Positions 28,401 to 38,100 of a stretch of 64,000 bases of DNA are shown in pieces. The translations under genes and the position numbers were made by a program. Each line of letters opens with the position of its first letter. The first letter of the stretch is position 1. The DNA is taken from IMG/VR virus record IMGVR_UViG_3300009370_000002. One strand, 5' to 3'. The notes under the pieces were generated by a model. It had not been told where the DNA came from, did not search any database, and worked only from the letters and a program-made list of their open reading frames with translations. The DNA comes from a virus.

Positions 28401-30266
28401 TACTGCTGGTTTGATAACAGTTTTGTATTCATAGTTGTCCTTCACCAAAACAGTAGAATTATCACAATACATGTTGACTTTTATCAGTTCTGTGTCAATC
28501 CCAAAACACCTGAAGAAATTTCGAAAAGACTTTTCAGTGCCCTTGGTTTTGTTAATATATGTCAAATTATTATAAATGTTTTGGTAAATAATGTTCTTCA
28601 CTTTTTCGATGTCACCAGCAAAGACTTCATTTCTGTCTTTGTCTCGGAAGCTCTCCAGCACGTCAGCTTCCAAAAATAACTCTGGCATCACGAAGCCTCT
28701 ATCTCTCAATACATCTTTTGCTAAAACGTTTGGTGACAAAGAGCCTGTGTTGTACGAAATATTCCTTACTTTGTTCATTGCGCCGATTTGAGCATTGGCG
28801 GTATCAAAATAGCTTGCAAGAATTTGACACAAATATTCAACATTCTTACCATTCATCTCATCTTCTTCCAATATCCAAGTGGGAAGAAGATGGTAAAATA
28901 AGCTTGTGTTCTCTTGATCTTGCATACTTCCAGAGGTTTGCATCTCTGTTTGTTTGGCGGATACGGTTGGATGATATGAATAGATGATTGGATCTTTGAA
29001 CTCGCTAGCTGCTTTACCCGATAACACCATAGCAGAGTCAGCGCTTCTTGCGCCTGAAGTGTATCCTGTCCATACGCCATTGGTGATACGACCAGAATAA
29101 TCCAACACGGTGGAGTCTTGGGATGTCGCTGTTATTCCTTCATTGAACTTGTAATATACCCCAAGCTCTTTGTTATACTCACTTTTGTTATTTCCGCCGC
29201 CAAGTTGGCTGAACCAATTTAGTCCTATGTCTCCTGGTGTAAGTGCTTTTTTCCAATAGCGAAATTCGTCCATAGAGCCCGAAAATTTGCCATCTCCACG
29301 AACAAGGGTACCTACCCCTACCGGGGCGGTATTAAGTGCCCCTATGGTGGCACATAGCCCCTTAGAGAGCCCTTTTATGTTACCTATGTCATTAGCATTA
29401 GTCGTCGTCTTCTGGAGAGTCCCATCTTGATAAAACTTAATTGTCATATTGCTGCTGTCTTTCTTCAAAGATACAGCATAATGATGCCAAGTGCTGTCTG
29501 CTATTGTTAGCGATGCTGGTGCTATGTTCGAGGTACCAGTGGCTGAACCGGAGTTCCAAGTAAGGGTAAAGTTATTTGAGTTATCGATATTAAGCAATAT
29601 TCTGCCGTAAGTCGCATCACCTTCTGTTTCTTGATTCCACAAATCAAAAATAACTTCCTTTGTTGCTTTTGTCGCGTCGAAAGCGTCCTTCTTCAGCCAA
29701 AACTCAATAGTGCTACCAGAAACTGAGGCGAACTCTAAACCAGAACCTTTCTTTGAACCACTTACCACATCATATATCATAGAAGCATCAAAGGTGCTGC
29801 TTATTGGTTTACCAGTCATGCCAGTAGAGGCTGTGTGGATTCCGCCCTTGATATAGACATATTCTTTTACTACAGCATCATTATAGCCAGAGCCGTCAAG
29901 GGAGCCATCAAAGCCTTGATATCCAAGGTTTATATAGCCATTTGTCCTAGGGTACACATACTCAAAGATGTATCTATCAAGGTGCGTTGATTCGTTTTCA
30001 AACTCTACCTTCTCTGCCAATGTCCCATCATATGGGTAATGGTTGTAAATCCTCTTGAAAGCATATTCGTAATAGAGTTTGGCAGAGCCATACTTTGCAA
30101 AGTTCGAAGCTGTTGAAAAGTCAATAGGAGGAACATATATCTCCTTCTGTCTTTGTTTTGCTTGAATGTATTCATTTGATTCTGCACCGACAGATGCTGA
30201 TGTCAGACTATCAGAGTGTTTTTCAAACGGACTAACTTTTACGTCAAATAAGTCTTTAATGCTCAT
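22488..30266 (-). CDS. Giant tail/baseplate protein with about four LamG/concanavalin-A-like domains, 2592 aa
   Basis: Repeated TIEFWLK/FSAWVN/FSTWFR..WHHYAV/WTHLFV..G-x-(M/I)D(E/D/N)..W..YKF/LHWDF/HYRF LamG signatures. Ser/Thr/Gly-rich. Confidence 0.8.
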   Translation of the reverse strand: MSIKDLFDVKVSPFEKHSDSLTSASVGAESNEYIQAKQRQKEIYVPPIDFSTASNFAKYGSAKLYYEYAFKRIYNHYPYDGTLAEKVEFENESTHLDRYIFEYVYPRTNGYINLGYQGFDGSLDGSGYNDAVVKEYVYIKGGIHTASTGMTGKPISSTFDASMIYDVVSGSKKGSGLEFASVSGSTIEFWLKKDAFDATKATKEVIFDLWNQETEGDATYGRILLNIDNSNNFTLTWNSGSATGTSNIAPASLTIADSTWHHYAVSLKKDSSNMTIKFYQDGTLQKTTTNANDIGNIKGLSKGLCATIGALNTAPVGVGTLVRGDGKFSGSMDEFRYWKKALTPGDIGLNWFSQLGGGNNKSEYNKELGVYYKFNEGITATSQDSTVLDYSGRITNGVWTGYTSGARSADSAMVLSGKAASEFKDPIIYSYHPTVSAKQTEMQTSGSMQDQENTSLFYHLLPTWILEEDEMNGKNVEYLCQILASYFDTANAQIGAMNKVRNISYNTGSLSPNVLAKDVLRDRGFVMPELFLEADVLESFRDKDRNEVFAGDIEKVKNIIYQNIYNNLTYINKTKGTEKSFRNFFRCFGIDTELIKVNMYCDNSTVLVKDNYEYKTVIKPAVKFNSDSSMSSTVFQSSSGGITYITGSEGDTEQYSSLTLEADFILPKKLKESETGYFYTSFLSSSVAGFHRAMTSSASDYTWHTSDYYLRMYTVRDEVESQHVKFVLTGSGVKVSSSLYRMAYDNQKWLLAARVRHEDYPYAGITGSTNSSKNYIVEFYGVNTTGEIVDNGPFLVTASVSNAIGKSLLSSAKRVYGGAHRTNYTGSVLERSDVLLSQVRYWQSYLPDEDIKQHAFDSTNFGTEFSQRTDSLFATPDLNVPKIETLALHWDFGTVTGSNSSGEFVFSDKSSGSVNSAARYSFLGNITNRMHDGKGYGFTADSNDVVDKISIYSAKRRTPESAYSADGVNIVSEEKEAFFQDNDRNDIYFSFEKSPYGIISDEMINLFSTVQDFSNMIGNPINRYRHSYKSIDDLKQIFFDKIPNDPDPERYFEYFKWIDASVSYGISQLLPASARFSDSIKNVVESHLLERSKYVERLPFTAPQAKEPISSAKGAAELRYSWKHGHAPPPNSPIPNNKHCLWQKMRRKFNEPEPAPAPIAAEGIDTLRDNIHRNNNNKPPKVYDIATSQVYDGNTFAIRSLNKVYTFDAKIKDTIAGGVNYPVAKNRILILDTVKPHSPTTDIGGFNAPINILSIGLGAGQGLVAESDCVDVVDPSYKEKWNCQVYTLKYTDGYYSLDALNDNYSYSYNIKGIKALPMNLMSESVSTGYNKAINNNYKNTVNVANLHSDTIDISNEIPMQGPFVETWVGGHQSRHIPLTRYNTSLRDDDTQTAPPNNLDNRYTRAEAWMMLFGEHDYNTDTDGAFGFVPADYGATADPTHPLYLKYPDIAKKKATWFREEKAKRPVNIKNIKHDTVGNRVGNYNRKYEVHSTVGRKQNNVLFRVSSSIEYYLTPRIRNILPHTTHPMSLFGQMPHSQSQGPVFGYIGEGLGDGISNRQPDDKSGAKTTGKFTVTGSAHSGSASGSFRIKQLGLGGQVDDTYLAFNSPILGGAKNLIIESGSTATADAGNNYYVATGIVSTNTSSFWNAVSIKLNAAFSGKYITTYTVPSPTYSEAIYATGTLGGPAVAITASSISDFNIYDTHFAFSAWVNFKNESADRDKRTIFSFRSGSGASIQSALSREMYLTGTNLRYEAHYTNYTNPAQTVMVRWEWPGAFAELYSPGVANNRWRQIVLQHDKNALKGTGSAYLYIDNAAASSYLPVSPATVSTFIGGTAWSPSYHTHAELNRSDGGIWLLNSGTGSLGTHSLGWTTGSSPFVGHIDDITIWGGINLSVADRFELWNSGTMGSVMNCFISSSNIKAHYTCGDGPYNAGKLLNDSSGRGNNLESHGDVTPANTYIKNSTTVLSTTGTLQNEKYALFHMTAAVGGSDYNSTLVVSTPACQNFITATEAIQGGYLSGAALDDTIHISSSFSFLADPKFEIVNVLDPTPAGSNIPVSGTFGETNLQFWNRLSQSIKDHSVFGIINIVTSPSEAVFHLTSSDENVNYASYRLTASNMHVSNHTFYSASGFSGGATPSPSVFDVVLAVPGRKISGDNSRSEVVITSKFSAPGGPEVESAAYLDVYSREYSVHNAMAYRNLTVRGNSSGEAGRIRLNDHLGKREGLKSHLTRHCGKFGIDSKYGAVSSTTYAADASFYKQHRNTSMRYFFTGSGMTSYLGSRHDNTHIVSPLPRSEFQYGWINAAVSGSGSWRANQRITGYAPPSGLLEETIHDYYASFGSADSAINVGTAATWDALIGQAGTDRMAFSTWFRKNETDSSQNSVVFWFGGYSSSGCVGMYIEGVTNKIYFVTRWAGASKIWTSNSNVVEEGEWTHLFVSYPATSISNDPKIWINGTQLTWASVGSGGIPLVWNGIGTEDCNIGNHASGTRRFQGDIDNVTIWAWNHEAYSSDIYGLGRDGDPTVSYTSYLKAHYRFGSNSANNGEQKDSTSQFFDSSGEDNHSISVTNVTISDDVSYETLEAIIFPSASEIFGV

Positions 30267-30270
30267 AATT

Positions 30271-32937
30271 TTATTCCACTACTCTAAACTTGAATTCGTA
30301 TGGTTGTTCAATATAGCTCTTGGTATATCCGTCATAAAAAGAATATTTCAAAGCATATTGGTATCCAGCTTCAAATACCGTCATCGGCAAATCAAAATAG
30401 TTACCAGAACCGTCATATGACAGGGATGTATATTTGACTGAACCAGTTCCATATGGTATAACTTCGTACTCATCAACAACTCTCAGTACCCTATATGATG
30501 CCGAAACCATCGTCAAACTCTCTGGTTTGCTCTTGGCAACCGTATATATGTTTGGAGACCACGATTTACTTCTTACATATAATCTTAATCGTGGCGTTTG
30601 CTCTTTGTTGTACTCTGGCATCAAATTTGGCATTGATAAGACATAAGTCGAATTAACAGGTTCAGTAGACGGATTAAATACCTTCGGCTCAAACGCAGAA
30701 CCAGTTAATACCTGTTCACCGCCAAAAGACCAAACATCAACCAAATATGGATATGTACTAGTTACCACGCTCTTGGTAGTTGCAACTTCCACATAATACA
30801 CACCTTTACTGCTGCGTGTAGACTTCAAAGAAGCAACAGCCGTTCCATCGGAGTTCAAAAACCCTCTAGCTGTTCCCTCTGGTATTGTTCCCGAAGAATA
30901 ATATAAAGATGCAGTTGGAACGTTAGTTGTGGCATTGCCAATATCCACTAGTTGAGAGTTATAATAATTATAAAAATAAAGCCTATTAAGGTTATCTGAA
31001 AATGTCGGCTTTACAGAACTGCTAATTGTAAACTTATTTCTATCATCTTTTACAACATCTTCATATTGCGCTTCTATACATGGCTGGAGATAATAAAATT
31101 CCGTTGCTCTTCCGAAGAACATCTTAGTGAAATACGATTTTCTTACGCCACCGGTATGATGCAATATGCCATCCACAAGCTCTTGTGCTTTTATGGCAGC
31201 ATCACCAGAAGCAGAAGATGAATAGTATGGTTCATAATCCTGGGCTGTTTTGATTATTATTCCATCGTTTATCTTATCCCCCAAAACGTTACCATCACTA
31301 TCTATCCATTGCTCTACTAGTGGAGTTATATCAATATCAAGATGCTCATTTCCTTTAGAGATGGTTTGTGTAAAGGACGAACTATCATCAGTAAAGTAAT
31401 CTCCACCAGGAAGAGTCCACTTCGTACCACTTACACCGGCTTGTGCCTGGGATATTGTTAGTCCTTCCATAGTGCCAGATATTGTACTTTCTACTGATTT
31501 TCCAGAAGTGCTAGCTGTCACTGTTACCACTTCGCCGCTTCGATTTGCACTAAATGCGCCGTGCTCGCTTGCTGCGGAGTGAAACTGTATTGCAAAGCTC
31601 GTTTTTGGAGTCCAATACGTGGACGGAGTTAAGCCACCAAGAGTTCCAACGGTTGAAGCTGCTACCATAGAGCCTGATGCACTGGCAGTCACAAACACGA
31701 TGGTGCCGGATATATTTGCACTAAATGCAGCATGACTATTAACTGTTGAGTGGAATATTTTCATAATACTGCTGCTAGCTTCTGATGCCACCGAATAGGA
31801 TATACCACTCAGTGTTCCAGCGGTTGAAGTTGCTGTGCTGGGTCCAGAGGTACTAGCTGTCACATATACAACATTACCAGATATATTTGCACTAAATGCA
31901 GAATGGGCATTAATCGTTGACTGAAACTCTGTAGCGAAATTTGTTCTTGTGCAGTTGCAACCATCTGAAACATCAACCTTGACTTGGTTTGTTATGCCGG
32001 CGGCAGTGTCTGTTGAGCTTGTGTAAAACCAAAACCCATATTGAGTACCTGCATCGTAAATGGAAACGTAATTTGTCCCTGTTTCTGCGTTGTAATCGTC
32101 CTTAGTGTCCGAGGAAAAAGAAACAGCGGTAATACGCTTACCTATATCAACCTTAATGGTATCCGATAGGGATGGGACGGTATCCGCAGAACTTGTGTAG
32201 AACCAAACCCCGTATTGAGTGCCACCATTATATATAGAGAGATAATTTGCCCCTCCGTCTGCGTTGTAGTCTCCCGTAGAGTCAGAAGAAAATGTTACAG
32301 CGGTTGTGTGCCTAATGATTTTGGAGCCAGATACATCAACCTTAATTGGCCTTGATAAACTGCCGGCAGTGTCTGTTGAGCCAGAATAAAACCAAAATTG
32401 ATATGGGATTGAGCCATTGTATATAGTCAAATAATTTACCCCAGTGGAGGCACTATAGGCGTTTTTGGAACCCGAGTTGAAAGTAACGGCAGTTGTGCTG
32501 ATGATATTATCACCAGACTTGTTCATCCAATTGCTCCCTATCCCATCTGACGTTTCATCTGTATAGCTTTGAAGATCTATTCCATAACCCTCTTCCCATG
32601 AACCGGTAACGGCGGCAACTTGAATGTCATACCCGAAAGGTAACGCATAATAATGCTTGGCGTTATACATCTTAAGTTTGAATGTGACACTACCAGAAGC
32701 AGGGATTAAGCCGGCATCTCTGTCACTCTTAATGTCATCAACTGGAAATTTGATTAATGTTCTTGTTAGTTCTGCGGATGCAGTGCCTGCAAGGTTTTGT
32801 CTACCATAGATAGAATATACTTGTAATATATCTGATGCTCCTGCGTTTGAGCCAGTCCTGCGGCTGGTGGATGTAGCACTTTGGAGCGTGTTCGTTATAA
32901 TATTATCAGCATTTGCTTTATATTTTTTAATAGGCAT
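30271..32937 (-). CDS. Virion structural protein with internal AAABBB repeats, 888 aa
   Basis: Located next to the gp6-like wedge gene. Three A repeats are followed by three B repeats. Confidence 0.75.
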   Translation of the reverse strand: MPIKKYKANADNIITNTLQSATSTSRRTGSNAGASDILQVYSIYGRQNLAGTASAELTRTLIKFPVDDIKSDRDAGLIPASGSVTFKLKMYNAKHYYALPFGYDIQVAAVTGSWEEGYGIDLQSYTDETSDGIGSNWMNKSGDNIISTTAVTFNSGSKNAYSASTGVNYLTIYNGSIPYQFWFYSGSTDTAGSLSRPIKVDVSGSKIIRHTTAVTFSSDSTGDYNADGGANYLSIYNGGTQYGVWFYTSSADTVPSLSDTIKVDIGKRITAVSFSSDTKDDYNAETGTNYVSIYDAGTQYGFWFYTSSTDTAAGITNQVKVDVSDGCNCTRTNFATEFQSTINAHSAFSANISGNVVYVTASTSGPSTATSTAGTLSGISYSVASEASSSIMKIFHSTVNSHAAFSANISGTIVFVTASASGSMVAASTVGTLGGLTPSTYWTPKTSFAIQFHSAASEHGAFSANRSGEVVTVTASTSGKSVESTISGTMEGLTISQAQAGVSGTKWTLPGGDYFTDDSSSFTQTISKGNEHLDIDITPLVEQWIDSDGNVLGDKINDGIIIKTAQDYEPYYSSSASGDAAIKAQELVDGILHHTGGVRKSYFTKMFFGRATEFYYLQPCIEAQYEDVVKDDRNKFTISSSVKPTFSDNLNRLYFYNYYNSQLVDIGNATTNVPTASLYYSSGTIPEGTARGFLNSDGTAVASLKSTRSSKGVYYVEVATTKSVVTSTYPYLVDVWSFGGEQVLTGSAFEPKVFNPSTEPVNSTYVLSMPNLMPEYNKEQTPRLRLYVRSKSWSPNIYTVAKSKPESLTMVSASYRVLRVVDEYEVIPYGTGSVKYTSLSYDGSGNYFDLPMTVFEAGYQYALKYSFYDGYTKSYIEQPYEFKFRVVE
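31430..32510 (-). repeat. Intragenic repeats: 3x ~60-aa A unit then 3x ~55-aa B unit
   Basis: A = TAV(T/S)F..NY(L/V)(T/S)IY..Y..WFY..(I/V)KVD(V/I). B = H(S/A/G)AFSAN(I/R)SG..V.VTAS.SG..GT(L/M).G. The DNA word TTTGCACTAAATGC occurs three times. Confidence 0.85.
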
Positions 32938-34730
32938 TATGCAACTATCCCCTTAATATCTTCGCTGGGCTCTTTAATTTCTAAAATGCAGTTTTTTGGA
33001 GTTTTTAAATATGTCCCGTCTTTAGATAAAATATCAGATATGTCCACAAGCTTGACTGCATATCTTCCTCCTTCTTTTATTTTCATTCTTACCTTTATAG
33101 TATCTATTACTCCGCGAGTCTTATTGATAGCGTTGTAAATCTCGGTGATATATATTGGTTCGCCAATATATTTTTTCTCGGCGAACATTTCTTGTAGTTT
33201 GGTTTGAACCTTACCCAACACATCTTGTTTGCGAAATCTACTACTCACTGCTATTGTATAATCAAAACCAACATTAATTATTTTGGCATCAGCTATATCT
33301 ATCACATCAGATATCATTTTATTTTTGTTTAACCATGTTTTAATGTTGTTTTTTGCAACCCCTTCAAGGTTTATTAGGTTGCCGGCGCTATCTTGCCCAA
33401 CCACATACAAAGTCAACCTTTTGTTCGTTCCACTAGGATCGTTATATGCACACACCCTCTTCACCGAGCCAAAGGTTGGTGGCATTTGGTAAACATATGC
33501 TTCATAGTCTTGCTTTGTAACTATCCTATTTTGAGCAGCCATAATCCCATAAGCTCGAATTTTGATTTCATCTGTGGTTGGCAAACTAGCATCATATACA
33601 ATTGGTTCTGAATTGTTTACCTCTATCGTTGACTTAACTCCCTCATAATCATAGGAATACACTCTTTCTGCATCATCCGGAAAGTCAATTTCGATAGTCT
33701 CAATCGAAGATAAGCCTCCGATTCCCACATCCACATCAAGTGTATCATTCGAAGCAAAAGTTATAAAAAGAGTAGTATTTGCTGGTGCTATACCAAATTT
33801 GTCCGTTGTTATTAGCTTGTTTGGGTCAAAAGCGTCATCTGTAATATAATTTTTGCCACTCATGTTCAACATGACTGTTGATGGATCTATCAGCCCAGTC
33901 GAATCAAACTCCCTTTCTGCTCCGAAACCAAACTGCAAATATGTTCCTGTTTCATCCTGCTGCACTATGAACCTTCTAGATGCTGCCTGAGGCTTCAGAA
34001 TAGATCGAACGCCGTCATTTTTAGCATTAGGGTTTGTCGTTTCAATATAAATTATTTCTTGAGATAAATGTTGAACTTGATAATATTCATGTCCCTCGGA
34101 ATCAAAAACCGAAGTAATTTCGTTTATTCCATTTGGGCCAACCCTAACACGTAAAAACCTTTCTTGATCACCGATATCTACTTCTGCTAAGAACGAACCA
34201 CCAGACTTTACTTGCCCAGTTGATCTCAAAGCGTATTCGGTTGCTCTTACTGTTGATTCATCATATTTTGACGCTACCATATCAACATCTTCACGAGTAA
34301 AATCAACATCCTCTGTTAAAGTATATAATGCACCAGATGAACTTCTTAGCGTAGTGCCTTTCTTTATTACTGGTAGTAAATCTATATTTGGACCTAAGCC
34401 GTCTGCCAATGCAGGAATTAGAATATAAAAATCCACAGCACCAAAAGCGGCAGATTTACCATAAAAGGAATAACCCATTTCAGAAGCCATTCTCCTTATA
34501 TTGGAATATTCCAGTGCCGTCTCTAGGAATGATTCGTTAACTTGAAAATCAATATAAAACGACAACATATCCCCCACATATGCAACCATATCAAATAACA
34601 TAGAGCCAAAAGATGAATCATTAAAATCATTATATCTTTCAGGGTAGTATCTTTTCGCATGTTCTATTAAGGACTTTTTTATTGTATCAAAGCTAGTGTT
34701 TGTGTAATCTATCAATGGTTTTTTTGGCAT
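32937..34730 (-). CDS. Baseplate wedge subunit (T4 gp6-like / baseplate J family), 597 aa
   Basis: IDYTNTSFDTIKKSL..NDFNDSSFGSMLFDMVAYVGDMLSFYID..NESFLETA and AQNRIVTKQDYE. Confidence 0.85.
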   Translation of the reverse strand: MPKKPLIDYTNTSFDTIKKSLIEHAKRYYPERYNDFNDSSFGSMLFDMVAYVGDMLSFYIDFQVNESFLETALEYSNIRRMASEMGYSFYGKSAAFGAVDFYILIPALADGLGPNIDLLPVIKKGTTLRSSSGALYTLTEDVDFTREDVDMVASKYDESTVRATEYALRSTGQVKSGGSFLAEVDIGDQERFLRVRVGPNGINEITSVFDSEGHEYYQVQHLSQEIIYIETTNPNAKNDGVRSILKPQAASRRFIVQQDETGTYLQFGFGAEREFDSTGLIDPSTVMLNMSGKNYITDDAFDPNKLITTDKFGIAPANTTLFITFASNDTLDVDVGIGGLSSIETIEIDFPDDAERVYSYDYEGVKSTIEVNNSEPIVYDASLPTTDEIKIRAYGIMAAQNRIVTKQDYEAYVYQMPPTFGSVKRVCAYNDPSGTNKRLTLYVVGQDSAGNLINLEGVAKNNIKTWLNKNKMISDVIDIADAKIINVGFDYTIAVSSRFRKQDVLGKVQTKLQEMFAEKKYIGEPIYITEIYNAINKTRGVIDTIKVRMKIKEGGRYAVKLVDISDILSKDGTYLKTPKNCILEIKEPSEDIKGIVA

Positions 34731-34745
34731 GGGGGTATTTTCCTT

Positions 34746-35126
34746 TTATATATTCGGCTCTCCTGAAACATTCAACAATAAATCTTCTACAATATCCAAG
34801 TTGGGAATTCCAAAAGATATCCTTATTTGCAACGTGTGCGAGTCATCAGGAGCAGAAACTTTTATATCTTCAACATCTATATAGCCTAAATACTTTTGTA
34901 TTGCAATATCTATTGTTTTTGCAATATTATTTAATAAACCAGTAGTTGGAAGCTCAAAAAGGTATTGTTTTATTCCAACTCCGTAACCTGGATCAGAAAT
35001 TCTTTCACCTGGGGATGTGAGTAATAAGTTCTTTAAATGGAATATAACGACTTCTTTTACTTCTTCAGCATTCGCCCAAGTAGTTCTATCATCTAATTCT
35101 AATGGAAATTTTGGTGTATGTATCAT
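34746..35126 (-). CDS. Baseplate wedge gp25-like protein (GPW/gp25 family)
   Basis: LKNLLLTSPGERISDPGYGVGIKQYLFE. Confidence 0.88.
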   Translation of the reverse strand: MIHTPKFPLELDDRTTWANAEEVKEVVIFHLKNLLLTSPGERISDPGYGVGIKQYLFELPTTGLLNNIAKTIDIAIQKYLGYIDVEDIKVSAPDDSHTLQIRISFGIPNLDIVEDLLLNVSGEPNI

Positions 35127-35151
35127 ATCTCTTTACCATAATAAATATCAT

Positions 35152-38100
35152 TTAATCAAATAATTTATCATATTCACTCTTACATTCTTCGCCATTGGCA
35201 TCAAAAGGGTTCGGACGGAAATTCCGGCGCCACCACCAGGAAACCTGACCACCCATTTGCTTCAGCCAAGTTTGAACGCCGCCGCCTATGATTTTTAATA
35301 TATTTGAAAACTCGAACAAATCAACTTCTGGACTTTCAAAATCATTCGCTAAATAAAAACCAGAAAACATTTTTCTTAAAAATTTCTTAGCATCACGGAA
35401 ATGCGCTCTGTCCCAAGCGTCTTCGGCACCAGCAGATCCTTCGAACGTCTCATCGTCTCCATCAGAATTCTTTCCCTCGATAGACCGCCATCGTACCCAA
35501 CCATCTTTAAATCCTATTCCAGAATCAAAAGAAATGTTACTAAGAATAGCACACATGCTCGTTACACACCTGGGATTGGAAATATAATTAAATACCGCTC
35601 TATATTCTGGGGTCTTTACTATTTGTCTTAACAAGCAATCCAAATCAAATGGATATAATCCATCACCTCCTTCAATTTTCCAATTAAAGTTTTCTACCTT
35701 ACTGTCAATAACATCTATCTCAGTGCTTGCTAAAGGAAATGAAAAACTTTGTGCGGAACCATCCCCAACATAAAAACACTTCTCCAAACTAGTAATTTCA
35801 CTCTCTTTACTGGTTGGGGGCTTGAAGCCTTTTAACTCAGTGGTGCCGGCAGGAAGATTAACAACAATTCTAATACCATATCTCAGTCCTTGCTCTCCTC
35901 TATATTCAGTTGGGGCAGTGTCTTGTATTTCCACAATACCTTGGATGGCGTCCTTAAACCAATCCTGATCAATAAAGGCATGTGGCAACATTACCGTGCC
36001 ATATTCCACCTCTATCTCCTTTCCATCAGCATCCACATCCTTTAAACTTCTTCTCTTGAACGCTCCCATTTGTGCTTCCGAAAAAGCTATTGTATATTCT
36101 TCTATAGTTTCAAATATCCACGGAGTTGGCATATCTGTTGGGAGTGTCTTTGGGATGCCTCTTTCTTTTGCAAACCCCTCTTCTTCTTCAATTTGCCGTG
36201 GGTGATTGCTGTCCATCTTATCAGCAAAATCCTTTGCCTTCTCATCTTCTTCAGGATTCGCTTGAGGATAAAGCTCTTGCCTTCTTTGTGATAAAATTTC
36301 AAAAATCTCTACAAATTCAAACGAATACATTTTTTCTGCTGTTCCGAATAAATCACTTAAATAGTATTCTCCATATTCTTCTTTTGTTGAATCTATAAAT
36401 GTCTGAAATGTTTCCAAGTTAACAACGCCCTTGAGGGTATTATCCCTATTAGCAAAAGGTTCAGGAAGATTAGCATCTGGTTTTTCAATAATTCTAATAT
36501 ATTTTTCTATCTTAAACCGAATTGGCTTTTTGTTGGTCGAAGAGAATATATCTTCACTAGAATCTGACACAACATGAGAAACAGTTCCAATGTCTGTTAT
36601 CGCTCCTTCTTGTAGTTTTTCTTCATATGTTCTTGTGCCAATGTTTTTAAGTTCGCTATCTTCAAACATTTCACTTGTCAACAAATATTGTCCGATATGG
36701 AGCATTTCTGGCTTCCACATTTTATTGAATCTTTCAAACACATCCTTTATTTCCATATTAATTAATTCCGCCAAAACCTCAATACATTCTTCCTGCATTG
36801 ATCTAACGGCGAATAAACATGAAGCATATTGCCAGTTGCTGTTAGAAGGGCTTCCCCAAAAATCTCCAAATTCAAGTTCTTCATCACTATAAAATATTGC
36901 GTCACCATATGTTTGGTACGCCAATGCACAATAATGAGCATACTGCTTTTTGAAGTTAAACGTGCTTTGCATCCTTTTGGCAGGGATGTATCCTTCTAAT
37001 ATTTTATCAACCTTTAAATATTTTTCACCACCAAACTGAACGGAAGCTTGCATTTCCTCCATATTTTGAACGCCGGCCTCATTGGTAATGCCACTCATTG
37101 TCTCATAAACGCCGCCTTTAGACTTAAGCTCTCTCAAGGTTGACCTTCTACCGGAGGTTCCAGAGTTTGTCATGGCTGAGTCCCACTCCATTTGAGAGGC
37201 TGGCCTAGGCTTAGTGTATGACCACTTTTCTTTTCTATCTGGCTTTTTTTCATATTCTTTAATCACTTTGTCAATTTTAAAGAAATTGCTATTCTCATTA
37301 GGGGTGTCTATTGGATTTTCTGGGTATATACCTCCAAGCTCTGCTGCTTTTTCATATGTCTTTCTTCTACCTACTGTTCCATCGTCTGTTATGCCCGAAT
37401 ACCACTCATCCCAAGAAGCCTCTATCGGTTCTGAGTACTCATAAACAGGAACACTTATCATTTTGCCACGGTTTTTCTTTCCAGTTTTAAAATCGATATA
37501 GTGTCCCGGCAAGCTTATTTTCCTATTTTTTCTTCCTATCAAAGCGTCTTCTGAATCAATGCCCTCATACTTGCGGCAACCCCACCACATATCTGGCTTC
37601 CAAGTATAATCTTCTTGCAATTCCCTTATCTTTGTGTATATTTCCTCAATCCGAGGAGGAATTTCTTCTATATCACCACTGTCATACATTCTCCAATACA
37701 TTTGTACCGCTTGTTCCAAGAATGCCAGCCAGTAGTTCGTTTTTTCAATTTTTCTTGGAAACCAACCGCCATCAGTTACTGCTAAATCCTGTTGTATTCT
37801 TTTTGCTATCATCATGCCAAATGAATTATCAAAATTATTTGAGTTATATTCCACAAAACTCAACACCGGTATCGCCAAAATAAGTTGCTCAATCACATTA
37901 ATTCGAATGGCCGCTTTTACACAACCTTCTATCATACCCTTCCCTTCTCTACCTATCAGCCTGTCAAACGGGATATGATAGAAGCAATCGCCTCTTCCTT
38001 CAAATATTTTTTCATTAACCTTAGCTTTATTTTTTGCATTTTTAGCATGACGTTTTATGGCTGTGGGTTGGAGTATATTCTCCTCAGCAGGTTTACAACC

